64,000 nucleotides of DNA. Source: Camelus ferus. Taxonomy: Eukaryota. Location of the stretch: NCBI RefSeq assembly GCF_009834535.1, contig NC_045697.1, positions 78,432,001 to 78,496,000 on the forward strand. Reading direction: 5' to 3'. Position numbers and translations under genes: made by a program. The stretch's first letter is position 1, and each line of letters begins with the position of its first letter. Shown here in pieces: positions 48,791 through 61,945 of the stretch. The notes beneath the pieces were generated by a model. That model had not been told where the DNA came from and did not search any database. It saw only the letters and a program-made list of their open reading frames with translations.

Positions 48791-50399
48791 TATTATTAAG
48801 CACTGTTATATCATCCTCTATAATATTAGCTCTGCCTCATTTTTCTCCACACTTACCCTCCATCTGGCATACTTTCCACTTTACTAGTAATTTGTTTCAT
48901 TGTCTTTTTTGTTGACTGAAATGTGCACTTTATGAAGGGAGGAATCTTTGTTTGCCCTTATGAAGGGAAGAAGAGCAGACTGATGCAAAGTCTATGTTTG
49001 AACGTAGAAGGAAGTAAAGTGAACACGGAACCCTAACCAATCTTTTTCATTGTAATTATAGGAAAAACCATTAATCTCACTCAGGAAAAAACAAACACTT
49101 TTATTTTTGACAGAACATAAGACAGAAGATGTACAGTAAAAAAGGTCAACACGGACTGAAAAAGTTGGAGAAAAAATTAGAGATGTGAATGCAGTGGGAG
49201 TTAAAATGAGTCTTGAAGAATAGAAGGAGTGTGGATTGTAAGCAGAGAAAAGGCCTTCCTGACAGAGTAGTGCCAAGAAAGCAGAGAGATGGAAGAGCTC
49301 CTTCCTCTGGGAAGACAGGATGGAAAGTAAAGGGTTGAATGGGTCCAACCTAACAGTCAGAAAGAAGACAAACTTTATTTAATAATATCTTATATCTGAT
49401 GGCTATTCCCTTGGTAAAGCCTTTTCATGTTGGTTGATCATTTTACTTTCATAATAAGTTGATTTAGACAAGTGTTATTACCATCAATTAACAGAAGAAG
49501 GTTAAAGACCCAGATTTAATAAATTATTTATGGTCACAAGTTTAGTCATTAATTACTTCATATTAATTCATTAAGATCCAGAGAAGACCCCACACAAATC
49601 TGTCATCTTTAACTTGTGCTCTTTTGTTCAGATATGAATGCTAAGGTAAAAGTCAAACTGTACATTAGGAACCATACATTGAATTGGGATGTATCATTAT
49701 CATTAAAAGTTATTCATTTCCTATTGCTGTTTCTACTGGCACAATGAGATTAATGTATTTTACACCTAACACTGAGGTGCATATAAGAATACGTAAGACC
49801 TAACATCACATTTTATATTTTCTGAAACCTTACATAAAGGAAATAGACCAATTGCTTACATTTAACTTATAGAACTGAAGCTGAATATGCAAATTGGAAT
49901 AACATTTGTAACTGGATGCTTTATAGGATTTCAAATATCTTCTTATAAAGGAAGCTATGTTAAATCATGTAGTTATTAAATAAATAATGAGGTTTTCTCA
50001 TGCTTTTTAACTGTCCCAAATTATTATTTTTCTTTTGGCATAGTGTTTCTGCTAACCTTTTTTTTTTTTTCCCACTGAATGGCCAATAAGGGGAGGGGGG
50101 ATGGGCAGAAACTAAGGCTCTTAGTCATTAAGTGTCATAAAATCAATATGAAGATATCCTTTGGCAGATTAACGTGAAATGAATTAAAACTGAAGCTTTG
50201 ATGGTGTGAATGCATCTGTGTGTGTATCCTGCACAATCCAGAGCAGACAGAGTTCAAATATGAATAGCATTTCTTATTATTTCTATTTGAGTCATTGATT
50301 GATTGAAGTGGTGAAGAATATTAAAATCACTAGCAAAACTTGGCTGAACAAATGTTCTACATGTTTAGTAAAAGATATATTAATCTCATCACACGGGAG

Positions 50400-50900
50400 C
50401 TATCAGTGTTACAATGAACCCTGGAGCTGTAAAATGAGCTGTAAAATGGATTTGATTTTAGAATATTGCAAGTTCTGTCATTATAGCTAAGGTAAACTGT
50501 ATAGCCTGATAAAGGTCTATCGCAGTGATGTCACAGACAGGAAACTGTCTGGTAATTACTGTTGACTTACTGGAAATCAAAGGGCAGAAAAAGAGCACCT
50601 TTGAGCAATTATCAGTAACAGACAAATGATTTGAGCAAGGTAATAGAGAAAACCAATTTCATAGTGAAAGATGATAGAAAGGGTTAAGTCCTAAGTAAGT
50701 TAGGGACTTTGATGTTGGAATAAAGTTATAACTTACTTTGGTCCAAATGAGTGATCATCTAGAGCCTTATCTGAGCTGAGAGACTTCACTCTGGTGCTCT
50801 CCACAAAACAGGATGCTCTGCCCTGATGACGGAATGTGCAGGCTTGAAGTTTGCATTGTATTGTAGCTCTTTGAGATTTAGACCGTCCTTGTTGATTTTT
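50400..50900 (+). pseudogene. Tentative terminal L fragment
   Basis: CYNEP ~ CYAHP; LEPYL ~ IRPHL; LEV ~ VEV; RPSL ~ RPVL, all in the expected order. Matches are short and the region could instead be a host conserved element. Confidence 0.35.
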
Positions 50901-53900
50901 CTTTCATTTGCTGAGGCGTGAATAAATGTAGTCAGCTCAACAGTAATCAAATCTGTACGTCTTTTCTGGTAGCATTTTCCTCTGCTTAAGTATCAGTTAT
51001 AATAATTAAGTGTTGGGTGATGTGTTAACTTTTCCAGGCTACTGTATGACACATAAAACATCCTAGACTGAATTTACTAAACTGTATTTTCAGAACTGAA
51101 CTAGGAATATTATATACATCTTGGCCCTCAGCCTGCTTCTGGGATTTTTAGTCTATAAAATAATGTCATTAAGTCCAATGGTTTTCTTGGCAAAGGTCTG
51201 GTTGTGGCTCCCTTTATTTGGCCTCTTTGTCAGGGACAAACTGGGAAATGATTGTTAGTACATACTCTTTCATTCATTCATTTGAAGGTTGGGAACTGGC
51301 AAAATTAATCTATGGTGAAGGCAAATAGTGATTACCTCTGCGAGCACATGCTAGTGACTCAGGAGAGGCACAAGGAGCCTTCTATGTGTTAGACCTGTTC
51401 TGTATCTTGATCTGGAAGCTGAGTATATAGTATATATGTAAGAATGTATTTCCTTATGCATACTTATAATTTATGCAGTTTACTGAACATATGGTATACT
51501 GAAATAAATATATTTTAAAAATTATAGCTCACAATAAATATAACTGATAGATGCATGTATATATACATGTATGTATACATATGCTGAATGATTCACCAAG
51601 CATGACATCAGGTTATATATGACAAATGTTTAGAAATACCACAATAAGTTGGTAGAAACTCACATTTTTATTACAGAACTTAACATTCCCCAATATAGCA
51701 CTGTAAAGTATGGGGTAATGACAGATACCTTGCATAGAAATCGTGTCAAGAGGACAAACAAAGGTATAAGCAACACCAGCTAATGAATACAGGATAACAT
51801 CAAATTCCAATCGTTGCAATAAATTTAGAACCAGAAAGAGGAAGAGACGTGATTTTTTCATTATAAGTTAATAGGGTATACTTAGGGAACACAACTGAAT
51901 CCATTTAAAAGTTCTAAGAAGAATTTGGTAAGGTAATAAAATAAAAGAATTGATCTTTTCATAAGAAAGTAACTATATAGATACATAAGTAGTTTAAAAA
52001 TATTTTCTTATTTATTAGTTAAAACACAAAATAGAAAAAAACATCAAATTAATTTGAAATAATACCAAATATATGAAAATCATCTAAACTAGGAATGGTA
52101 TACAAGATTATGAGAACGTTATAGTTTCTTTCTAAAAAATATAAAAATATGAGTTGATTTGATGGAAAGATTTAATATATTTCTGAAGAGTAAGAATTGG
52201 TTAATATATTCTTTAAAGTTTTTAAGATTTTACTTATTTTCTATATAGAAAAATGAGATTTCCTTAGCTTCTATGGGACAAAGTGAGTTACAGTTTCTTT
52301 AGACACACATCAAATAGATTCATCTGAAAGTAGGTTTGACATTATCCATTTAATTCGATGCTTAGTATTTTCTAGTTTTCACATTTGTACTGAAAGTCAT
52401 GTTTAGCATGTAGTTATTATACATGGTCAGTTATAAGTTTTGAGATTTAAATTTAGAAATCTTTCAAAATCCTGGACAAAGACTTCTTATCCTTGCTCTA
52501 CCCTTTGCTGCTCATAAGACTTTTAGCAAATCCTCCAGCTTAGCAGAGTGAAGGCATGAGGACATTGGGGGTGTGGGATACGAGGGCTGGGGGGGTGTGG
52601 GAACTGGAGAGTCTGGAAAGATACACACCACAGTTTATTAGTGGTCTTCTTTGTGTGATAACCGCGTAGGTGATTTTAATGTTGTCTGTACAATTTTCTG
52701 AATTTTCTGAATTGGGCAAGGATCATTCATTATTGCTATTATCACACAACAAAAAGAAGATAGTTTCAGTAATAACAGCAGCAAAAAGAGACACGTCCTA
52801 AAGACCTACGCATTTTGGGGGTGGGGAGTTGTCCAAAATGTTGGCTCTAAGTGTTCTAGCTGTTAATATGGAAATGCAATCTGGCCCACAGGCCTAACAC
52901 TACTCTTTCTTCCTTCTCTTTCATCCCTGTGACATGCTGACAAGAGAGTCGTGTTCCCCACTTAAGTAAGTTTTGCTTATATACATTTGTTCTTTGGTGC
53001 TTTGGATTGAAAAGAGCAGTTTAGCAACGTTCAACGTGAAGTCTAGTAAAGCGTGGGAGATCCCCGATGAAAACTATTCTCGGAGTTGGTTAATTCTTGA
53101 CATAGTTATCAGTTTAATCATACATTCCTTTCCATTTTGAGTAGAGGAGTGATGTTAATGATTTAAATCTGTGTTTGGTTATGTTCACAGTTTGGAACCT
53201 GTCATATTGCTAACAACACAATTTTGGACGTGAGTTCTGAGTCTCAGTGTCGAGTCAGAGTACAGAGATCATTTTCATTTCTGCTCGTGTGGCCAACTTG
53301 GCGATAGTATGCATGAGACTTTTAATGACTGCACTCTCTTTCACAGTGTTGTAACACTGTAGTGTTTTTGTCTTAGCACCATATTAAGAACCTCACAGTA
53401 CAGAGGAATAGAAACTTTCAGGCACATAGCTTTGGTAGTAATTAATTGGCAGCGCATTTCAAAGCTATGGATATTCAATGTCACCAAAGTATCAGTTTCA
53501 CATTTGGTTCAACACTGTGTGTGGGAATTAAATGCAAAACAGTGTGTTATCGCTGCTTAATCATGTAAATCGTATTCACATGTTAGGCCCCCGTTCTTAA
53601 TTGAATTTTTGCTTCTTTATTTAGAAACAAAGATTTCTTGATAAAGTTGAAATGGTTTTAAGCAGAAGCATATTCTTCAGAAATTAATTTTCATATTTTC
53701 TTACTGGTACTCAGTTGTAAGTGAAGGTCACAGGGTGTGGTGTGGCCAGGCTGTACCTTGTGTCTTTATTCAGAAGGAAAAGCCAAAGCTGATGAGCAGA
53801 ACTGATGCTGGAAAACTAGCAGGACTGACTCTCATTTTGATTTTCTATCCTAAAATGGTTTATAAACCCCTGAAATGACTACAAAGGGGCCATTTAAAAC

Positions 53901-55831
53901 ATTTTTGTAGCTATGTTGATCATTGCCATATCCTTTCCCAGCCATTAACTTCAGATGGATCACCTACATCGGAGTCATAGAAAACGCTGACATGCTAAGG
54001 TCTTTTAGGCAGCAATGGTTTTAGTTCAGTTGCATCTGAGAGACATTTCTTATGATTTACTAAAATTACCTACTACAGAACTTCCTTTAATGCAAGTGAT
54101 AAAAAAACTTTCTGTTCCTGAAATTATTTATTTTGCTTTTTGAACATTTATGTCAATGAACTGTGAAGGCTTTATCAGTTGGACTTCTGAAGTTTTTTTA
54201 GAAAACTGTCATTATTTTACACCAAAGATGCTGCAGAAAATCTCAAGAATGACAGGCTGAATATTTCACAAGTCCAGGATTTTGAAGGATTTCTGAATTC
54301 AATTCCCAGATCTTATAACTGACCATGTAGTTATTAGCCAAATATGACTTAGTCTCAGCACAAATGTGAAAACTGAAAAATACTAAATATAGAATTAAAT
54401 GGATAATATCAAATCTATTTTGAGATTAATCCACTTGATCATTGGCTAAAGAAATTGTAGCTAATTTAGGACCTACTACTTTTAACATACTCATTTGGGT
54501 AAATCCACGTATTATCCACGATTTCTGACTCAGAAGCCATCCTTACCCATGGCACCTTTGAGCTATGTCAATTTCTTCCCTATAGACCTGCCTTTTCGGC
54601 TAGACTGAGAGCTTTTTTTATAAGCAATAGCTTTCCCAATCATTTTTGTGCTGTAAACACTTATTTTATAGTACTTTATAATAATAAGTGTTTGATAACT
54701 GCTTCTTGTCTCTAATTCAAAATGGCTTGACCATTCTTCAGTGACTTTAAACTCCCAGGCACAGGAAGTTTAAAGATACTGTAGAGCTTCAGGACTTTCC
54801 ACGAAACAACCACAGAAGCAACACCAACCCAAACCAAATGAAACCAGACCATCTGTGTTCTATTAGCCTCTATCCTTAGAAAAGTCACTGCCGCCTATGT
54901 CTAGGATAAAAAGCAGGGGGTGGGGGTGGGTTCTTGGCTGGTTCTTTAGAGAATTATAAAGTTCTACTTCTAGATAACCTGGAGGCAATGTTGGTAGAGA
55001 GTAGATCCATTTTTTTTAAGTCATATTAAATTTAAGGGAATTTGGAGATATTCAGGAGGAGGTGGCAAGTTTAACTACAAGTCTGGTGCACAGGAGAGAG
55101 GACTGGGCTGGACATTCAGATCTGGTTATTGCATGAGCCTTAAACATGCTTTGTTTGTACTCTTAGAAATGTGTATGTGTTTTGGTAGACGGACCTTGCC
55201 TAGAATATGCAAGTATTATAACTACCATGTTTATCTGCTTCATTCAGAATAGAAATGGTGATAAGACAGACATTCCCTAAGGAATAAACATATTGTTTAA
55301 GATACAAATACCTTAATCTAGTCATTTGAGGTGATCATTTCTCCTGAATTCTTGTTAGTTGTTATGCTGAATTTAGCAACATTACCTTGATGAAACCTCA
55401 TACAGAAGTTGTTCGCCAAAGTAAAAGTGTATAATTCTCCACCAAAGAAAGAAAACACTGTTAGAATAAATCCATCTGTCCTTTAGATTTAGAGACGCAA
55501 AAGTTATTACCAATGTGCGGAACAGACCACGAGGTAGAAGAGGCTACTCGTGTAAAGCCCAGCAGAATCACTGCCAACACAGGCGAAAAAGCGGCAGATC
55601 TTTTCCCACGCCTTGGCATTCCTACTACTTGAATTTAAAGGCCTGCCACCTGTACCTTCCTCTTAAGTTCTGGATTCATCATTTCCTGTACCTTCGCATC
55701 CAAACGTATGGGAGTGAGGTCACAATGTGGAAGCTTTTCAATAGTCAGAGTAGTAGAGCTGTTACATTAAAATGCACTGATGCAGGTGAGAATTTGTGTG
55801 TGCACATATGCAATCTATGGGGGGGGTTGGC

Positions 55832-56538
55832 TTTTTTTAACTTTTTTTTTTTTACTAAGTTATAGTCATTTTACAATGTTGTGTCAAATTCCAGTGTAGA
55901 GCACAATTTTTCAGTTATACATGAACATACATATATTCATTGTCACTTTTTTTTTCACTGTGAGCTACAGGATCTTGTATATATTTCCCTGTACTATACA
56001 GTATAATCTTGTTTATCTGTTCTACATTTTGAAATCCCAGTCTGTCCCTTCCCACCCCCTGCCCCCTTGGCAACCACAAGTTTGTATTCTATGTCTATGA
56101 GTCTGTTTCTGTTTTGTATTCATGTTCTAAGGGAACCCTCTCACACTGCTGGTGGGAATGCAGTTTGGTGCAGCCTCTGTGGAAAACAGTACAGAGATTC
56201 CTCAAAAGACTAGGAATAGACTTACCATATGACCCAGGAATCTTGCTCCTGGGCATATATCCAGAAGGAACCCTACTTCAAAAAGACACCTGTACCCCAA
56301 TGTTCATAGCAGCACTATTTACAATAGCCAAGACATGAAAACAGCCTAAATGTCCATCAACAGATGACTGGATAAAGAAGATGTGGTGTATTTATACAAT
56401 GGAATACTATTCAGCCATAAAAATGACAACATAATGCCATTTGCAGCAACATGGATGCTCCTGGAGAATGTCATTCTAAGTGAAGTAAGACAGAAAGAAA
56501 AAGAAAAATACCATATGAGGTTGCTCATATGTGGAATC
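55832..56538 (-). mobile_element. Second twin-primed L1
   Basis: Minus-strand 3'UTR at 55832-56128 joined to a plus-strand ORF2 end at 56129-56538. Confidence 0.92.
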
Positions 56539-57828
56539 ACAATATATGTTTACTCAGAAAATTGTTTTATATAGCAGACAGGCCAGGGTGAGGGGTTCAG
56601 CAGCTCAGGAAAAGAGATACTATCCAATTCTTGGTATTTATTTCAAGGGTTTAAAGTGTAAAAAGTCACCTGTCTCTAAGAATTTTTCTCTGGGGGAGAT
56701 GATGACCCTTAAAATGGTATTTTATCATAGGTATTTGGGTCATCCTGATCAAAAGATATAGAATTATGATAAGGGGCCTCTCTGAAGTATGTAATGATTC
56801 ATTTATTAAGTTATTAAAATGCTTTAAACACAAGTTAACAGTAGACAATGGCTAATCACATGATAATTAAGCATATCTTTACTGTTTTATTTATTAATGG
56901 TTCCTTCATTCTAGAAATAAGTTGAGACAGTGGACTTGTCATATGTAAACTACATATGAGAACACATTGATCTATTTCTTTAAAGTATTAGAATATTTTT
57001 ATTTGGGGGATTATGATAGCTCATAGGTCATTATGAAAATTAAATGAGAGGATGAGTGTAAAACAACCAGCTTAGAGCCTGGGATATAAAGTGCTACAAA
57101 TGGTAGCTCTTAGGATGATGATTAAAAAAAAAATTACATTGAGTAAGAATGTCTTATATCTTGCTTTCATAAAAAAATCTATTTTCTACTGAGTCTATAA
57201 ACATATATATGGCTCAGAATAACCATTACACAAACTAAAGAAAGTAAGTATCCTGTCTTGCAGCAGTCATGTGATTATGCAATTGTGCTTGATAAGTCAA
57301 GAACTGTTACAAGACACTGCGGGGCAGGAAAGGATTTGTAATACTTGGGTTAGAAATTAAAGGTTAATAAAATCAGTGTGAACATTTTAATCATAAGGAC
57401 ATTTTTTACTTTAGTTTATTGTAAAGGGAAAACAAAACATACAGAACTTCAGGTACACAGATTCTTATGACATTTACAGAAGAAGTGGGCATAGGCCCTG
57501 GCCCCAAAACCAGAAATAGACTGTATGTTAGATCTGCTGGAACTGAACAAATATTCCGTTTTCATTGCTCTCAAAACAAGGAAAAGGTCCCTGTCAGGAA
57601 ACTAACACTCTATTACTGACCAGGTAGACCTTATCCTTATAAACACAACTTATTATAGAATCTTGCAGTCAGTGAGAGCTTATGTCTAAATAGATCTATG
57701 ACCTACCTAGGAGATTAAATGGCACACAAAACATTGAGATGAAATAATTTCAAAATGGACATATCACAAAGAATGCTAGACTCTCTAAATGGCCCCATGT
57801 AATTATTTATATCAAAAGGATAAGGTGA

Positions 57829-57996
57829 CAAGGACCTACTGTATAGCACAGGGAACTCCATTCAAATTCTTATAATAACTTACAATGGAAAAGAATCTGA
57901 AAAAAATATATATGTATGTATGTATATGCATAACTGAATTGCTTTGCTGCGCACCTGAAACTAACGTTGTAAATCAACTACAGTTCAATAAAAGAA
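57829..57996 (+). mobile_element. Short L1 3'UTR insertion
   Basis: CAAGGACCTACTGTATAGCACAGGG...CAATAAAA. Diverged 15-bp TSD at 57814-57828 and 57997-58011. Confidence 0.88.
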
Positions 57997-60839
57997 AAAA
58001 GAATATGGTGAATACATTAGAATCAAGAGCTTATTTCAACCTTTACTGAAAGCCTTCTCTATTCAGAGTGAATACACAGAGGCCCTGACGTCCAGAATCT
58101 CATAGACCCATATAAGGGAGCTGATGGGGAAATAGGCAGCTAATTGATGGAGAATTTTGACCTCTCACCTCCAAATAAGAAGCATGGATGCCAGGGAGGG
58201 CATGTGATCTGACGAGTATCGCACAGTGAATTACTGGCAGATCTGGTCTAAATCTCAAATGTATTAATTACATGAACATCAAGAATGTCCCCCAGTACTC
58301 TCAGTTCTATACATTAATGCTACCACATTTGGGTCAAAAGTCCTCTTGGGTTCTGGTTGACTTTATTTTTAAAATGATGTAAATTATAAAATATTTAAAG
58401 TTAAGTTGAAGATAAAAGCAGTTCTCCTGTAAAGGAATGAAGTCATGAAAAGCAATTTTCTGCCAGCTCCTCACAGTCTGATGACATTCATAGACAAATA
58501 AGTCCAGCCCAGAGGGTAGATCCCTGAGCCCATTCTCACCTGCCGGTAGTCTGGAACCCCCCCTTTCCCTGTAAAGCATCTTGAGAAGCACACACACTGT
58601 GTCATTTTAATTATTACTGCTTTATAATTTATAAGTAGCCTGAACTTATTGGGCACATAGGACAATAGGCCCTATTTTTAAATTGTTAGAGAAAATAAAG
58701 AATTATATTATTGAATTGCCATAGGACAAGAGGTAAGAAAACTCAAATAGCAAATTCTGACAGACATATTACTGTCTGGTAGCTGCTGTTTTTAATGGCA
58801 GGACACAACATTATGCAAATCATTCTCAGAAACATTATTCACCCATTTCTCTAGGGATCGACTTCTCCATGGCTAGTGATTTTTTTCTTAAACACATCGG
58901 CATACTGATATCATTAATTTTATTATTTCGTTGATCTGAAAAAATATTTTAAGAGCTTATAAAATGAGTTATTTTGTTTCCTATTTATAAATGCTTTTTT
59001 TAACCATTTAGCAAAAACAACTCCATACTAATGTATATCAGTACACCCACAATGACTCAGCAGGTTTATCAGGTCAGTAAATATGCTCTTCTAACAATGT
59101 CTACCTTTGGTTTTAGCTGTCTACTTGTTTCAATTTTTGTATATTAACCTAGTGTGGATGGATGAATAATATGAAGTTTCTCTAGTATGTCAAGGTAACT
59201 ATGCAATGCTAGCAAAGATTTCTGTGGAGCATAACAGTGATCCTGGTTCAGGTGTGAAGGACTGGAATGGACAAGCTGTGACCAGATGCCATTTTTGTTA
59301 CTCTCAAGTACCACAAGGGGCACACATGTTCCAATACCTGCATTTTAATGACTATGGACCTTTGCAATCTGTTCCTCATATTTACCACATGTGAAAATCA
59401 AGTTAGTTTTAATTATGGATAGGTGAGAAAGAGAGTTGGTTAAGAAAATAGAAAAATCAAGAAACCAGTGGATATATTTTACTCTTTCTCTCCGAATTGA
59501 GAACAATAAGAAAATTTGTGATATTTAACTGAATATGTGTAAATACTTTCACATGTTTGTGTAAACGGATCTCCATTAATGTCTTTGATTTATGATAGCT
59601 AAAAATATTCTTTGAGGAATATGAATTAGCTAGATTTTTTTAATTAAAAATTATGCCACCATGTTTAATATTAATTTTACCCCTCGTTTCATTATCAATA
59701 TCTTCAATTTAAAAATGTACATCATGCCATTGAGAAATTTACCTAATATGAACCCAAACTGTTCTTAGAGAGCAAAAAGAAAAGTTTTACCTTCACAAAC
59801 TTCTGTCCATGGTAACCAGTAAGTACAAGTCTATGGGAGAAATGAACATTAAAGTCAATATTTCTGGAGTAATGATGAGGACTCTGGGGAAGTGTCTTAA
59901 GGTGTCCACTCTTAAATTACACTAGAAATAATTTCAAACACTTCCTTAAGAGAAAGAAAATCTAAGAAATTTGCTATATTCCAATTACTATATCAATGCA
60001 TAGCTTCCTATTTGTCAATGAAATTCCCCATCCAATATTTGCCCCTATATTTGAAAATGTACTGGGACATTTTATACTATAATTAGCATTCTAAAAGAAC
60101 ATTTAGTACCTGATAGACTTACAGGATTTAAGGACTATTGCTCTATGTTTTTATTCAAATAAAGTATTAAGTGAGTATGTAGTCAGTGTCACTTATAATT
60201 TATGAAGGATTTTAAATAATGTGTCTATCTAAAATATATATACTATTACATTAATTAAATATAAGTTGCTCTAAAATATCTTTAAAAAATTCAATAATTC
60301 AACAAAAATTTTAGTGTCTGTTATATCCCTGTACTCAAAGACTTTGTAGTCCATTTGGGAAGATAGACATACCAAAAAAAAAAAAAAAAAAAAGGACAAA
60401 ATTTACATATTACACAAGGTAGTATGTTATAGGTATTATAATAAAAACACAATATTGCAGTTTCATCAGTGCAAAAGAGGTTGATGCTAATAATTAGAGA
60501 AGTCTAATTTATAATTCCAAGATGCCTTAGGCATGATTTTTATGTGCAAGATACAAACCCATGAGTTTTTCTTAAACACATGCCCAACTATCTGATAATT
60601 TTTTATAAGTTTACACAAATTTTATAAAATTAGTTTTATTATTACCATTTTTAGAGTAGAGAAATACATCAATAAATATGTTCCTATTGTTGGCATTTCT
60701 TTTTTTTTTCTTTCTTTTCTTCCTTTCTAGGGACACAAAATAGGGTAAGATGGCCCAAAACTTACAGAATCAACAAAAAGATCTCAACTGTCTCTACTCA
60801 ACCCAATCTCTGCTCCTCTGGCCAGTAATCCATTAGAAA

Positions 60840-61240
60840 AAAAAAAGTTGTGAAAATCATAGATCATTTCACTTGGTATGTACAGCTTCTCATCTATGTA
60901 GCAGAAGGGATTTATGTACCAGAAAACCTTCGGTGAAAATTGCACTTAACCTCACAGCAGCAGTCAGTTGAATTAGACCTTCAAAGAGTAGAGTTACAGC
61001 TTGATCAGAGAAGACATCTTCAGAGACGCTTTGTCACTGTTTCAAATTTATCTTGATTAAGGGCTACACAGTTGAGAAAGGATTCAGAGCAACAAAAACA
61101 CAGTTCAACTGAGATTCACACCAACCTTATACACTATACAGGAACAGAAGTGGGTAAGAAGAAGACCTTCAGGAGGAGAAAAATGGCTCACAGAGAACAG
61201 AATCAGGGACATCTTGGAAAAGACTAAAAGAAAGGTGTCT
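60840..61240 (+). mobile_element. Ancient RTE-clade LINE fragment (RT C-terminal region)
   Basis: FHLVC..SVELDLQRVELQL..HLQR..YTGTEVGKKK..RIRDIL resembles the RTE pattern FHxRC..SIE..LRW.GH..RM..LYGEL..G.R...RFKD.L. Confidence 0.55.
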
Positions 61241-61479
61241 GATCTCCTGCTTCTGTACTGACTTCGAGGAAATAAAGATCTCACAGTGTCATAGCTTTCA
61301 AAGGCAAACTCTAATTAAGTTATGTTGTGTGTGTGTGTGTGTGTTGAAAATATAGAGAAGACTAGCTGTACGTGTTACTCCCTTTTCATCTGTTAGATTC
61401 TTAGGAGTTAAAAACAAGATTGCATTAAACTTTTTTCAGGCATAAAATAAGAAGTATATGATAACACATTTTTGCCAGA

Positions 61480-61945
61480 CAAGTAAATGAGAACTAAAGG
61501 GGATCAGAAGAGATTGAAATGGGGAGTTGGTTTAATTTGGGAAGTTGCAGACCTCTGAGTAAATGATATTTAGATAGGTATCTCAAAAATGAGAAGTTAT
61601 TCAAGTGAACAGTGAGGGCAAGACCATGCCAGGCAGAGGGAACAGCATGTGCAAAAATGAATGGGTGAGAAAAAGTATGCCAAGCTTGTGTGACTGCAGC
61701 ATGGAGGGTAAGGGAAATAGGATGAGAAACGAGTCTTGGGAGTGAAGCAGGGGACGGAGTATGCAACGTCTGACAGCTACGGTAAGGATTTTGAACTTTT
61801 TTATATACTAATTTCAACTGGATTGTATTGAAGAGCTTTATCAGAGAACTGATATGATAAGATTCTTTTGGAAAGCACACTGCATGACTGCTGGGTGGAG
61901 AATGAATTGGGGTGAACAAGAGAGGAAACAGTACAGTTAGGATGT
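61480..61945 (-). mobile_element. L2 fragment
   Basis: CCAGGCAGAGGGAACAGCATGTGCAAA L2 motif. Confidence 0.8.
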
